64,000 bases of DNA from Octopus sinensis (lineage: Eukaryota), in assembly GCF_006345805.1 (NCBI RefSeq), contig NC_042997.1, forward strand, positions 146,692,001 through 146,756,000, in the 5' to 3' direction. The notes under the pieces are model-generated. The model saw nothing but the letters and a program-made list of their open reading frames with translations. It did not search any database and was not told where the DNA came from. Positions within the stretch are counted from its first letter, which is position 1. Each line of letters opens with the position of its first letter. This document shows, piece by piece, positions 38,581 to 53,226 of this stretch. The translations under genes were made by a program, and so were the position numbers.

Positions 38581-39411
38581 TTTTTTAGAGTTATATTATT
38601 TAGCTTTTATTTCTAGCAATTGTAAGTGCTATTTCGTCACTAAGACATTTTAACAGAAAATGATGGATATGTATAGTGATTAACTGAACGCTATTAGTAT
38701 CGTTTCAAAAAAACGTTATAGGATATAACGTCGGAGGAAGCCTATAGAAAGAGGAGGGATAAAGTAAAGAAAAACTAAATAAATGAGAAGTATATGACTA
38801 TATGTGCATTAAATAAAATCATATAGAATAGGAAAAATATATATCTAGTGAATGTGAAATGTAAGAAAATTAATGTTTAAATTATATATAATGATAGAAA
38901 TCACCTATATGAACTAAAGGTGTGTTTCTGCCAATGTTTACATCTGTATGCACGCTCTATAACCGTGTTTACAAGGGGATTTTTAGAAAAAAGAATAGAA
39001 AATAGTTCAGAATTACAGAGAAGACAGAATTCCTTGCCTTTGTCATAAGGTATCGAGATTGAGAGAATCAACCAATCTAAATAAAAATGTTCATGTGGTC
39101 TTTTAGATCCGCAGAATGTGTTCCTGGATTCTCAGAACTGTCCAGTCGAGAAATATCTACACCATTAATCGACCAATGCAAACATTACATCAATTTAAAA
39201 TGTTCGAATGTTATAATGGACACAGTTTGTGTGTCAAATAGCTATCTTAAGGCGATGGCCTCATGGAGCTAATCAGCGACAGCTTTTAGTCTTATATCTA
39301 TAAGACTGCCATATTAATATGGCGATAACAATTAATTTCCAGTAACGCTGCCGTAATCTCTTTTAGAGACTTAGTAATTCTAATATTTCTATTATATATA
39401 TATATATATAT

Positions 39412-40140
39412 CAGTGGCGACTCCGGCTCTCGGGCTTCTGGTGCTTAGCTCGAGTATAAATTTAGTAAAGTGAACGTATATTTGCAAGCTGATTTAATTT
39501 CTGCCAACACTGACATCAAATACGTAATTGCAACCAAGAACTCAGCCTCCTTTTATAGAGCCTAGTCGCAGGTCATTTACTTTCGTTCAGCGTCTAGCGG
39601 TCGTCTTAGAGGTGCCTTATGTCAAAAAATATCATTCGTAGCGGATGTTCTCTCGACATCGTTCACAGGCGCCTGACTCGGGCTCATAAGTTACAGCCCG
39701 AGTTGTTATCTATAATCGTAAAAATTAAAAGTAATTCAAATTCAATGTTTTCTCGAAACAATAAATTTCTATAGTGATTAAGATTTAAAATCCAATCTAT
39801 GAAAAGTTTCCGTTCTATAATATACTCAAAGGATTATCCAGTAACTCGGGCTAAAACGAACGAGCCTGGCGGGCGTAAAATACATCTCTTGTCAAGAGTA
39901 CAGACGACAATCAGATCGCTGATGTTTGTTGTGCACTCCGCTCTCGTTATTTGATTGCTGTTATTCTATGAGTCTGTGTGTAAAGATCAGTTGTGTTTTG
40001 CAGGGTTGCTTTATTTTTACTCTTAACTTAGAAATGGAGAAAGACATAGTGCTAATTATAAAATATAAGCCATTTAGGGCTAGAAATATAGCGGAAAAAC
40101 GTGAAATTCTTCGAGCAGGCAGTTATGCAAAATCTGTGAT
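39412..40140 (+). mobile_element. Probable hAT (Tip100-like) left end plus transposase start
   Basis: Starts CAGTGGCG after (TA)n. Repeated subterminal CTCGGGCT/AGCCCGAG motifs. MEKDIVLIIKYKPFRARNIAEKREILRAG resembles Tip100/ZMYM1-like N-termini. No right TIR found. Confidence 0.45.
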
Positions 40141-40189
40141 GAGCCCGAGTGACGCTTATGACCTGCAGACATTATGTACGTGGATGTAT

Positions 40190-40386
40190 ATATATTATAT
40201 ATATATAATATATAATATATATATATATATATATATAATATATAATAAATATAAATATAAATATAAATATATATAAATAATATAAATATATATATATATA
40301 TATATAAATTAAATATATATATATATATATAAATATATATATATTAATATATATATATTAAATATATATATATATATAATATATTA

Positions 40387-40420
<34 letters not shown>

Positions 40421-40529
40421 AATATTATAAATAATATAATATATATAATATATATATATATATAAATATATATAAATATATATCTATAAATATATATATA
40501 TATATAATATATATAATATATAAATATAT

Positions 40530-40560
<31 letters not shown>

Positions 40561-40602
40561 AATATATATAATATATATAAATATATATATATATATATCA
40601 TA

Positions 40603-40651
<49 letters not shown>

Positions 40652-40791
40652 TATATATATAATATAAATAAATATATATATATCTATATATAAATAAATA
40701 TAAATATAAATATAATATATATAAATAATATAAATAATATATATATATATATATATAAATATATATTATTAATATAATATATATAAAAAAT

Positions 40792-40831
<40 letters not shown>

Positions 40832-40859
40832 TATATATATATAATATAAATATATAAAT

Positions 40860-40928
<69 letters not shown>

Positions 40929-41080
40929 CTATATAAAATATATATAATATATATATATAAATAAATATATATATATATATAATATATATATATAAATATA
41001 TAAATAATATAAATATATATATATAATATATATAAATATATATAAATTATATATATATATATATAATATATATATATATA

Positions 41081-41120
<40 letters not shown>

Positions 41121-41326
41121 TATATATTATATATATAAATATATATATATTATATATAATATATATATAAATTATATATATATATATATAATATATATAT
41201 AAGATATATATATATTATATAAAATATATATATAATATATTATAAATATATATATATATATATATATATCTTAACTATATATATATATATATATATATAT
41301 TATATTATATATATATATAAATAATA
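40190..41326. repeat. Long degenerate (TA)n array
   Basis: Seen directly; frequent extra A. Confidence 0.95.
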
Positions 41327-42697
41327 TACTTTGATACTTTGATACTTTGATAGGTTTCGGCCATTATTGGCCCAGGCCATGTCTAACTTAATAGCACCAC
41401 CTGGTGAAGTCTTTCAAGTCAGAATTTGGGCACTATGGCCCACTCAAGTAGAGAGTTATTGTTTACAGAGACATATCCGGGTGTAGGGGGTTTATCCGGG
41501 ATTTCTTGAAGGAATCTGTCCAAAGACTTCTTGAACCCTATAGGGTCAGTTTCTGTTTTAATGTGTTTTGGTGTAATGTTAAAGAGAGCGGGGCCAATTG
41601 AGGTGAAATAATTGTGCCGTATGTTGTTATGAGATGAGAGTGCGATTTTTGTTTTGGGCGGATGGCACGGGGCCCAAGCCTGGATGTACCTTAAAGGTGA
41701 TGTCAACATCATTTGGGCAATGCTGATGGAATATTTTCCACATCATGCAGATGATGTAGCGCTCACGACGACGTTGGAGAAAATAGAGTTTTAGCTTTTC
41801 TAGCCGACCCCAATAGTCGAGGCCTGTCATGCCATCTATCTTTTTTGTGATTGCCCTTTGAGGTGCTTCAACTTTTAGGATACCTTGTATTGTGTGGGGA
41901 GACCACAGTGGACAGCAGTATTCAAGGTGGGGTCGGGCAAAGTGGAGAAGAGAAGGATAATGGTGTGGATATCTCTCGACTGGAAAGTTCTGAGAATCCA
42001 GGAACACATTCTGCGGGCCATGTCAACTTTGGTGTTTATATGAGTGGCCCAGCTTATGTTGTTGTCCACAATTACTCCCAAGTCTCTGATGTTGTTGGAA
42101 GCCGCGAGAGTTTCACCTGAAGGAAGGGAGTATGGGAGTTTCAGGGCATCCTCTTTTCCAAAGTGGATTAGCTCAAATTTATCCTCGTTCAGCAGCATAT
42201 TGTTTTTTTCTGCCCATTGGATAACAGCCAGTAGATCTGACTGAAGGCATGTCCGGTCACTCGCCTCATTTATGACCTTCTGTAGCTTGGAGGCATCTGC
42301 AAAGATTTTTATGTTGCTGTGCTTGATGATGTCATTAATGTCATTAATGTAAATGATGAAAAGAAGTGGCCCAGCACAGTGCCTTGCGGAACGCCACTAC
42401 TGACTTTGGCTGGGCTTGATTTTACCCCTTCAACTACAACATGTGAGATCTGTCTGTCAGGAAACACTTAATCCATTTCAGTAACTTTCCAGAGACACCA
42501 ATGTTGGATAGTTTTTTCAATAGGATCTTGTGATCGACCCTGTCGAAGGCCTTACTGAAATCAAGATAGATGACATCGTGTTGGAGCCCTCTCCCAAAGC
42601 TCTCAAATGTCCTCAAAGTGATGCAGGAGCTGCGTTAGGCAGTCCCTTCCATTACGAAACCCATGTTGGTTGGAGATCAGCCGTCTGTTGCTTTCCA
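41327..42697 (-). mobile_element. CR1-clade LINE family 1, 5'-truncated, RT pseudogene
   Basis: NQHGFR, YLDFSKAFDRVDH, SGVPQG, GPLLFIIYIND, FADA (second catalytic D changed to A), RDLGVIVD, RPHLEYCCPLWSP. Tail (TCAAAGTA)x3. Confidence 0.92.
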
Positions 42698-42808
42698 AAT
42701 ATAAATATATATATATTATATTATATAATATATATAATATATATATATATAAAAATATATATATATATAAATATATATATATAATATAAATATATTAATT
42801 ATAAATAT

Positions 42809-42841
<33 letters not shown>

Positions 42842-43106
42842 AATATATAAATATATATATATAAATATATATCTATATATAGAAATATATATATATATAT
42901 ATATAAATATATATAATATATATAAAATATATATAATAAATATATATATAAAATATATATATATATAATATATATATATATAGAAATATATATTATATAT
43001 ATAAATATATATATTATATAGATATAAATATATAATATATTAAATATATATATATATAAAATATATATATATATAAAATATCTAAATATATATATAGATA
43101 AATAAT

Positions 43107-43139
<33 letters not shown>

Positions 43140-43148
43140 AATATATAT

Positions 43149-43206
<58 letters not shown>

Positions 43207-43440
43207 TAATATATATATATATTATAAATATATAATATATATATATATATAAATATATAATATATATATATAATATATAATATATATATATATATAAAAT
43301 ATATATAAATATATAATATAATATATATATATATATAAATATATATATATATAAATATATATATATAAAATATATATATATATATAAATATTATATATAT
43401 ATAAATATATTATATATAAATATATAAATATTATAAATAT

Positions 43441-43471
<31 letters not shown>

Positions 43472-43506
43472 AATATATATATAATATAAATATATATATA
43501 TATAAA

Positions 43507-43553
<47 letters not shown>

Positions 43554-43897
43554 TAATATATATATATATAATATAATATATATATAAAAATATATATATA
43601 AATATATATATATATATAAAAAATATATAATATATAAATATATATATATATAAAAATATATATTATATATATAAAAATATATATATATATATAAAATATA
43701 TATATATATACAAAATATATATATATATATAATATATTATATATTAAAATATATATAATATATATAAATATATATATAATTATATAAATATATATATATA
43801 TATAAAAAATATATATATATTATAAATATATATATATATATATATATAAATATATATATATATAAAATATATATATATATATAAATATATATTATAT

Positions 43898-43962
<65 letters not shown>

Positions 43963-43974
43963 CTAAATATATAT

Positions 43975-44042
<68 letters not shown>

Positions 44043-44054
44043 AAATATATATAT

Positions 44055-44085
<31 letters not shown>

Positions 44086-44093
44086 AATATATA

Positions 44094-44125
<32 letters not shown>

Positions 44126-44151
44126 TATCTATATATATATATAATATATAT

Positions 44152-44194
<43 letters not shown>

Positions 44195-44386
44195 TATATA
44201 TATATAAAATATATATATATATATATAATATATATATATATATAAATATATATATATTATATATATATAAATATATATTATATATATTATATATATAAAT
44301 ATATATATATAAATAATATATAAATATATATATATATATATATAAATATATATTATATAATATATTATATATATATATATATATAT
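42698..44386. repeat. Long degenerate (TA)n array
   Basis: Seen directly. Confidence 0.95.
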
Positions 44387-44447
44387 AAAACATTATTGGT
44401 GAATTGAAGAAATGGAGCTGAGCGCAGATTGAACAGAAATCGTTTTA

Positions 44448-44536
44448 TTTCATTCTACACGTGTTTCGAAAGGCACAAATTACCAAAATCCGATTGAATA
44501 ATGGGACCATATTGTGTCTTTCTCTTCAGGAAGAAA
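44448..44536 (-). ncRNA. Type I hammerhead ribozyme, mirror copy
   Basis: Same core and P3 on the minus strand; small indels in P1 and loop 2. Confidence 0.8.
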
Positions 44537-44801
44537 AAAGGAAATCCGCTGGAAAAACAAAAACAGAAACAGAGGCTGAGCAAAAACAATCGAACTATGC
44601 TCCTAAGAGCCATGGCGAAACTGTTCGCCATGGGCTCTTAGGAGCGTAGTCGATTGGTTTTGCTCAGAGGCTGAGCAAAAACAAATCGAATACGCTCCTA
44701 AGAGCCCATGGGAAACAGTTTCGCCATGGCTCTTAGGAGCATAGTTCGATTTGTTTTTGCTCAGCCTCTGTTTGTTTTTGTTTTTCCAGCGGATTTCCTT
44801 T

Positions 44802-44887
44802 TTTCTTTCCTGAAGAGAAAGACACATATGGTCCATTATTCAATCGGATTTGGTAATTTGTGCTTTCGAAACACGTGTAGAATGAAA
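44802..44887 (+). ncRNA. Type I hammerhead ribozyme, intact core
   Basis: P1 TTTCTTTC/GAATGAAA (7 of 8); CTGAAGA at 44810-44816; P2 GAAAG(A)CAC/GTGCTTTC; GAAA; palindromic P3 CACGTG; GUA triplet ending at 44879. Confidence 0.85.
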
Positions 44888-45093
44888 TAAAACGATTTCT
44901 GTTCAATCTGCGTTCAGCTCCATTTCTTCAATTCACCAATAATGTTTTAATTTCAATTATCCGCACCAACGCACGGTTGCAACGCCAGATGGTTGTACCT
45001 CCAACCGTGCTGTTTACTGCGTGATTTTTGCTACTAAGGTATCGGTTAAACTTTTGATTAATCTACTACAAGATTATTCATCTTTCTATTCAC

Positions 45094-45162
<69 letters not shown>

Positions 45163-45199
45163 GTATATGTATATATATAAATAATATATATATATATAT

Positions 45200-45866
45200 A
45201 AATCCTTAAAATCCTAAAAATGTTTTAGCCCGAAGGCCGCGGCCATGCTGGGGCACCACCGCTGAATGAGCTACCCTAGTTTGTGAATCCACCTCTGATA
45301 CGTGGCACTTGATCAACAAGGGAGTTCGATGCTGCTGCCCGCATCCGTGTCTCCTGTCGTGAGGTAGGTTCATCTGGGACTCCCAACAAGAAGAGATCCA
45401 GTTTAGTTTTAAAGAAACCCACATCCACACCATGTAAGTCTCTCAGGCATTTAGGGAGGATGTTAAGAGCTGTGGTCCTCTGAAACCCAAGCTGTTGCAG
45501 TATCTGGACCTGTATTTTGATGGTGATGTTGGAATCCTTGGCACCACGCAGCGGCGCCCCGTTCTGCGGTTGGAGTAACTTTGAATGCCAAAGTTTGGGA
45601 CAAGACCCTCCAGTATTCTCCAGATGTATATCACTGCATATCTCTCCGCCTCCGCTCCAGGGAGAAGAGGTTTAATACCTTCAGTCTTTCCCAGTAGCTG
45701 ACATTTTGCATTGAGACGATTTTCTTTGTGTAGCTTCTCTGAGTTGCTTCGAGTTCTGCTGTTTGTTTTATATTGTGTGGTGACCAAAGTTGGGAGCAGT
45801 AGTCCAAGCGGCTGAGGACAAATGTTTCCATAGGACCATCAGTGTCTCCTTCTCTCTTGTTCTGAA
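45200..45866 (-). mobile_element. CR1-clade LINE family 2 3' fragment
   Basis: LSRLDYCSQLWSP, LEATQRSYTKKI, YWERLKVLNLFSLERRR, GPQL, KTKLDLFL. Short 3' UTR and (AGGATTTT)-like tail. Confidence 0.9.
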
Positions 45867-46019
45867 AATATATATATAAATATATATATATAAATATATA
45901 TATAAATATATATTATAAATATATATTATAATATATATATAAATATATATATAAATATATATATATAATATATATATATATATATAAATATATATATATA
46001 GATATAAATATATAATATA

Positions 46020-46091
<72 letters not shown>

Positions 46092-46552
46092 AATATCTTA
46101 TATAAATATATATATATATATATTAATATATATATATAAATATATATAATATAATATATATATATATAAATATATAATATATATATATATAAATATAAAT
46201 ATATTATATAAATATATATATATATATAAATATAGATATATAAATATATATCTATATATATATAAAATATATATATATAAAATATATATATATATATATA
46301 AATATATATATATATTATAAATATAATATATATATATATAAATATATATATATATAGAAATATATATATATATATAATAAATATATATATATATATATCA
46401 AATCATATATATATAGATATAAATATATATATATATATATATAAATATAGATATCTATATATAAATATATATAATATATATATAAAATATCTATATATAT
46501 ATAAATATATATATATATTATATTCTATATATATATATAATATATATATATT

Positions 46553-46584
<32 letters not shown>

Positions 46585-46600
46585 GTAAATATATATATAT

Positions 46601-46632
<32 letters not shown>

Positions 46633-46659
46633 AAATATATATTATATATATAAATATAT

Positions 46660-46694
<35 letters not shown>

Positions 46695-46799
46695 ATATAT
46701 ATAGAAATAGACATATATATATTGTAAATATATATATATATATGTAAATATATATATATAATAATGTAAATTATATATATATATATATAAATATATATC

Positions 46800-46831
<32 letters not shown>

Positions 46832-47413
46832 AAATATATCTATAATATATATATATAAATATATATATAATAAATATATAAATATATATATATATAAATA
46901 TATAAATATATATATATTATAAATATATATATATATAAATATATATATATATAAATAATATATATAAAATATATATATATATAAATATATATATATAATA
47001 TATATATATAAATATATATATATATAATATATCTATATATAAATATATATATATATAAATATATATATATATAAATATAATATATATAAATATATATATA
47101 ATAAATATATATATATATATAATATATATATATATAATATATATATAATAATTTTATCTATATAAAATATATATATATAAATATTATATATTTATATATA
47201 TAAAATATATATATATATAATTATATATATAAATATATATATATATAAATATATATATATAAATATATATATATAAATATATATATATATAAATATATAT
47301 AAATATATATATATAAATATATATATAAAATATATATATATATAAATATATATATATAGATATATATATATAATATATATAAAATATATATTAAATATAT
47401 ATATATATATATA

Positions 47414-47453
<40 letters not shown>

Positions 47454-47485
47454 AATATATATATATAAATATATATATATAATAA

Positions 47486-47522
<37 letters not shown>

Positions 47523-47724
47523 AATATTATATATATATAAAAATATATATAAAATATATATATATAAATATATAAATATAAATATATATATATATTAAAT
47601 ATAAGTATATATATATAAATATATATATATATATAAATATATATATATATTAAATATAATATATATATAAATATATATAATATAAATAATATATATATAT
47701 ATATAAATATATTATAAATATAAT

Positions 47725-47757
<33 letters not shown>

Positions 47758-47852
47758 ATATATAAATATTATATATATAAATATAATATATAAATATATA
47801 TATATATAAATATATATATATAAATATATATATATAATATATATATATAAAT

Positions 47853-47911
<59 letters not shown>

Positions 47912-47952
47912 ATATATATATATATAAATATATATAATATATATATATAAAT

Positions 47953-47985
<33 letters not shown>

Positions 47986-48219
47986 AATATATATTATATA
48001 TATATATATTTATATATATATATATTATATATATTATATACTTTATATATCAAAGTATCAAAGTATATATATATATATAAATATATATATAATAAATATA
48101 TATATATAAATATATATATATATAAAATATATATAAATATATTATATATATAAATATATATTATAAATATATATATATATATATAAATATATATATATAT
48201 AATAAATATATATATAAAT

Positions 48220-48252
<33 letters not shown>

Positions 48253-48320
48253 AAAATATATATATATATATATAATATAAATATATATATATAATAAATA
48301 TATATATAATATATATATAA

Positions 48321-48353
<33 letters not shown>

Positions 48354-48428
48354 AATATATATAAATATATATATAATATTAAAATATATATATATACACA
48401 TATATATAAATATATATATTACACACAT

Positions 48429-48459
<31 letters not shown>

Positions 48460-48524
48460 CACACATATATATATATATATATAATATATATATTACACAC
48501 ACAAATATATATATATAGACACAC

Positions 48525-48557
<33 letters not shown>

Positions 48558-48568
48558 GTGTGTGGGTG

Positions 48569-48644
<76 letters not shown>

Positions 48645-48760
48645 TAATATATATATATTATATATATATATAATATATATATATATACATACATACTATT
48701 ATACATACATACTATATTATATATATTATATATATATATATATATATTATATACATATAT
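45867..48760. repeat. About 2.9-kb degenerate (TA)n array
   Basis: Seen directly. Confidence 0.95.
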
Positions 48761-49189
48761 ATACACATAGAAGTAAATATATGGCACAACGAAGTACCGA
48801 TATTTACTGGAAATAGCGAACGTAATAATACGACGCTAATGTATAACTTCACCGCGTATGTACTAGCAAAAATGCGTGACTGCAACAAACTTGAAAAAAA
48901 TTGTCTTACCTCCAGGGAGAACATCTGAAAGATGAAATACCTAGAAAAGGATAATACACTCGACTGAAACGCCGAAACGCTAACAGAACGAGAACGGTGA
49001 AGAAGCTTCAATAAAATTAGTAATGCAATACGAAAGTATTGCTTTCCAGTAAAGAATAGCTAGTTTGTTGCACTCACGCATTTTCGCTAGTACATACGCG
49101 GTGAAGCTATACATTAGCGTCGTATTATTACGTTCGCTATTTCCAGTAAATATCGGTACTTCGTTGTGCCATATATTTACTTCTATGTG

Positions 49190-49193
<4 letters not shown>
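48761..49193. mobile_element. MITE-like element with inverted repeats of about 131 bp
   Basis: 48761-48891 versus 49062-49193, 3 mismatches, 170-bp spacer, TA context on both sides. Confidence 0.6.
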
Positions 49194-49223
<30 letters not shown>

Positions 49224-50359
49224 ATATATATATGTATGTATATATGTATGTATGTATACTACAAATATACTCATACACATATGTATATGAGTTTGTATGC
49301 ATGCATGAATGTGTTGTGCATATATATGTCTGTCTGGGTGTGTGTATATGTACATTTATGTACGTATGTGTATATATGTGCGTGTGTGTGTGTGTGTGTA
49401 CTGTGTATGTAGATTGGTAGGCAGGTAAGTAAGTCGGTAGGTAGGTAGGTAGGTAGGTAGGTAGACAAAAACATATGTGCGTACGCCTGTGTGCGCGCGC
49501 GTGTAAATGCACATGTGCTTGTGTCTGTAATAATATTCTAAGTGGGAATATCGAACCCCAACATGGGATCAAATGTTGATAAAAGCTCGGAGTTAGAATT
49601 TCTCTGGCTGCTTTTGATTCAATGTAAATGATTGGGATCAGACATACTAAATAAATCTCGAGATGTAAATAAGATGTAAATTAGTCTAAATCGTACTTAT
49701 TTTTTCCTGACAGTGCTGTAGCGAAGACACTTTCCAGAAATTCCAACCCCTTTCTTTTCGTCCCAAAGTAAAGTCCACTATGATTAAATTTCAGCTCAAA
49801 GATTCGTAAACCAAATTTGCCAGACATTGTTCGGGTTATTTGTGTGACGATGGGCGTGTTGTGCACACGTTCGATGAATGTGGCTTGATCGAAATCTTTT
49901 CACTCTTAACGCCATTAGGGATTTATTACGAATTTAAATCTACATTTCAGAGTTTTCTCTTTCATGAAACCTAACGTACAAATGATTTATATAACGTGTT
50001 TTCTTTCTTCTATCTGCTGCTTACCATCTGATGTCATTAGTTAGTAGTCTCCAAAGAAAAATGAAATACAAACAGTATTTTTTTAGTTGCTTGTATATAT
50101 TTTTTCTTTGTTCGTTTGTTTGCTGTGAGTTGGATACAGCTCATATCACCTGTCTGTTTTATTCATGGGTGGTTTATTTGATTCCGTACGTCGGCTGCTT
50201 GCTGTCAAGGCCCATAAACCTTCCTGCAAATACCAGCCATCAGTTTGGGTAGGAAAAAAACAACAGCGCCATAAATATACAATTGCACACAAAATTTAGC
50301 TTTGTCTGGTTTACCACAAAGTGAATATAGTGGTCATGACTACTCCATCTTATTCAACC

Positions 50360-50433
50360 ATGCGGTTGTTGCTGTTATTGCTGTCGCTGAGTGTGACTGG
50401 TGTTGGTATCGCTACAGCTGTACTTCAGTTGAC
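50360..50433 (+). CDS. Candidate first coding exon encoding a signal peptide or signal anchor
   Basis: CAACC-ATG context; MRLLLLLLSLSVTGVGIATAVLQL; AC/GTAAGA donor; non-repetitive region. Unverified. Confidence 0.4.
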
Positions 50434-51944
50434 GTAAGAACATACATACTTGATGACAGAATTTGAATAAAATTTCGATCAATATCTTACAGCATTTACA
50501 CCCGGAGTGTTAAAGCTTGAAAATAAAAGCCAAGGATCTGCAGTTGACATCAACAATATAAATCAAATTTAAGGAACACTTGTCAAATTTCGTTTTATTT
50601 TTCTCCCTTATATAAATATTTGCTGACATTCAAAGGAACATATTGAACCAAAGGACTTATCGTAATTTTCTTACCGTTGCCTAATTTGAATTTAATGATT
50701 GTAATGTAAATAGTTAGAAAACAATTTTCGAATTACAAATAGAAAGATTACGATTTTTAATAATTTATTTAACAGGGTCCAAAAACTGCTAGACAGTGAA
50801 AATTCTAAACTATGAGTTCAATTTAATGTTTGGTCATAATAAAGATTTAATTCAATATCATTTACCCTTAATATGTGAGCTTGTCACGCTTACACATAAA
50901 AATTATGGAAATAAACATGCTTTAAAATTGAATTTTTATACATATTTTCTTCAAATAGTATGACACCAGGATATCTTTTTAACGGCTTCTGAATCGCAGC
51001 ATACTTTAACAAATAACTTATTGATGACTCCTTTACCTAAATAATTAATCATTCTCCATCAATTGATTTAATTTCGATTGTTATAAAAATATGCTTGCTT
51101 CTAGCTTTGCAAACTGAAAACGGATTGTGTGATAATACATGCAATGTATGTATCCAATTCTTTCTTGGGTATCGTTATCCCAGTTCCCTAATTGTGCACT
51201 GGCCGCCCAATAGCTTGTATCCGATCAAAAGCGTTTCTGTATTGCATCTATAATTAAAACAATTGATTCTCAACAGTTAAGTCCAATAGATTTCAGTGAG
51301 TACTGTATGTGGTATGATTCACCTCTATAAGCAGCAGCACGAGCTGATTTTCTAACTGTGTTGATCACCACATTGCTAAATTCGCTTCCGCAGATGGATA
51401 AAACTACTTACAATAGAATCAGAATTCTACTGAGATGGAAAATTGTCTTGCAACTTATCCACAAATCACTGGAAATGAATCAAGCAAAGTGATCTGTTGG
51501 TTCGGTCACAACGGGTCAGACACTTGTTTGAATGATTTTAGACATAGTATTTGTACAAAATTGCTTTTCAAAATAAACTAGAAATTATAGTCACGAAGAA
51601 ACATTAATAATCCTAACAAAGGTACGAATTCGGAGGGAAGATGTTATTCGACTGTATTGAATAGTTAAAAGACAAAACAAAATTTGAATTCAAAGAACCT
51701 TTGTCAAATGCTTCCAAACTACCTACAAAGCCTGAAATTTGTAGAATAGGTTAGTCGATCACGTCAACACTAATTCTTGTCTGTTTCTTCATTTTATCGA
51801 TCTCGGAAGAATAAAAAGTAAAACAGATGCATTCGAACTGAAAGTGTGAAGAAGCATAATAAATACAACACACGTTGTTAGCAGCTCTAAAGATTCGGCC
51901 AATCCACTACATTACTACTAATTATCCATTTAATAATATAGCTT

Positions 51945-52130
51945 CAAACTTTGGCATAAGGCCAGCAATTAGTGGGGGTGGGGGGAAAGTCAATTAAATT
52001 GACCCTAGTGCTCAGCTGGTATTTGTTTTATCGACCTCGAGATAATAAAACATAAATTCGACAGCAGCGGACGATATGCCGCTAATCATTTTGTTCGGCG
52101 TACTGACGATTCTGCCAGCTCGCTGCCATC
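51945..52130 (-). mobile_element. SINE family A (tail 2)
   Basis: Core and head recognisable. An older copy lies at about 51620-51900. Confidence 0.7.
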
Positions 52131-53195
52131 ATTCATTTAATAATATAGAAAATAAAGATAATCCAGCAGCGCTACTGATCCTTATGAGCCAGAAAGGATT
52201 AGTTTTTAATTTTTAATATATATGCTTAGTGAAATACATATTTAAAACAACTTGCTTTCTATATTCGAGTAAAATCCTTATCTGAAATTTTACAATTTAT
52301 TTATTTAGTGCCGCACATTAGGAATTAGCACTTCAGTTTTTCAATGTCAAATTGTTTAATACTTATATATTTTGAAGTGTCGTATCAGCTTCTAAACAAA
52401 TACTGACACAATATTTTCTTTTGTCTATATTACACGGACTAAAGCTTTAAATTTATGCTTGCAATTATTGAGGAACTTGGATATGTAACCAACCGCCTCA
52501 AAACCAAACTTGAGAAGCGGGGCTTTACAGAACGGATAGCGCTGATTAGAAAATGTTAAGCTTTTAATAAAAATGTGTAAAGCACTCCAGAAGTTTGCCA
52601 TATAAGTGAATATACACACGTATTAATATGCAGACATATGTATATATTTATATACATAAGCCAGAAAAAGGCAGATCCACACCTGCAATGTCATTCATGC
52701 AAGTCTTCTTGTTACCTTCGACAGTCGTTGTAGACTAAGCTGTAAGCTCATTGCGAAACCTTCATTATACGTTCGATTCCTGGTCGAAATAATATTTCTT
52801 TTTTTTTTTTTTTTCATAATGCAATTAGTAAAAGACATGAACGTTACACGTTTCAAGCCTTCTGGAGTAACTATTGCTGTTCACTTGATATTTCAAAACA
52901 CGAAATAGGATAAACTATACAGCGTGTAATAGTTAATTACTTGATTAATTAATTAATTGTGCTCTCGTGGCTTAATCTAAGTAGGCATCAGAAATACATA
53001 TTTTAAAAGCATGCTTTTATAACAATGTTTTTACCAAGTGTCAGCGTTGTACTTTAGACAGCCACAAGCGGATATCCATATGCCGTAAACTCAACAGCTG
53101 TACGCACGTATGTGTGTGTGTATTATGTATATGTATGTATGTATATATATATAATTATACATATATATGCATATATACACATATATAAATATAAT

Positions 53196-53226
<31 letters not shown>

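Larger units (their letters stand above)
44387..44948. repeat. 562-bp palindrome with nested internal hairpins
   Basis: Global symmetry about 44668-44670. Each arm contains its own hairpin with arms of about 45 bp. Confidence 0.9.

Noticed and set aside
49970-50222. Minus-strand mini-exon chain (EGLWALTASS...LLTNDIR)
   Set aside because: It ends in an immediate stop, needs very short introns and uses a weak GAG acceptor.
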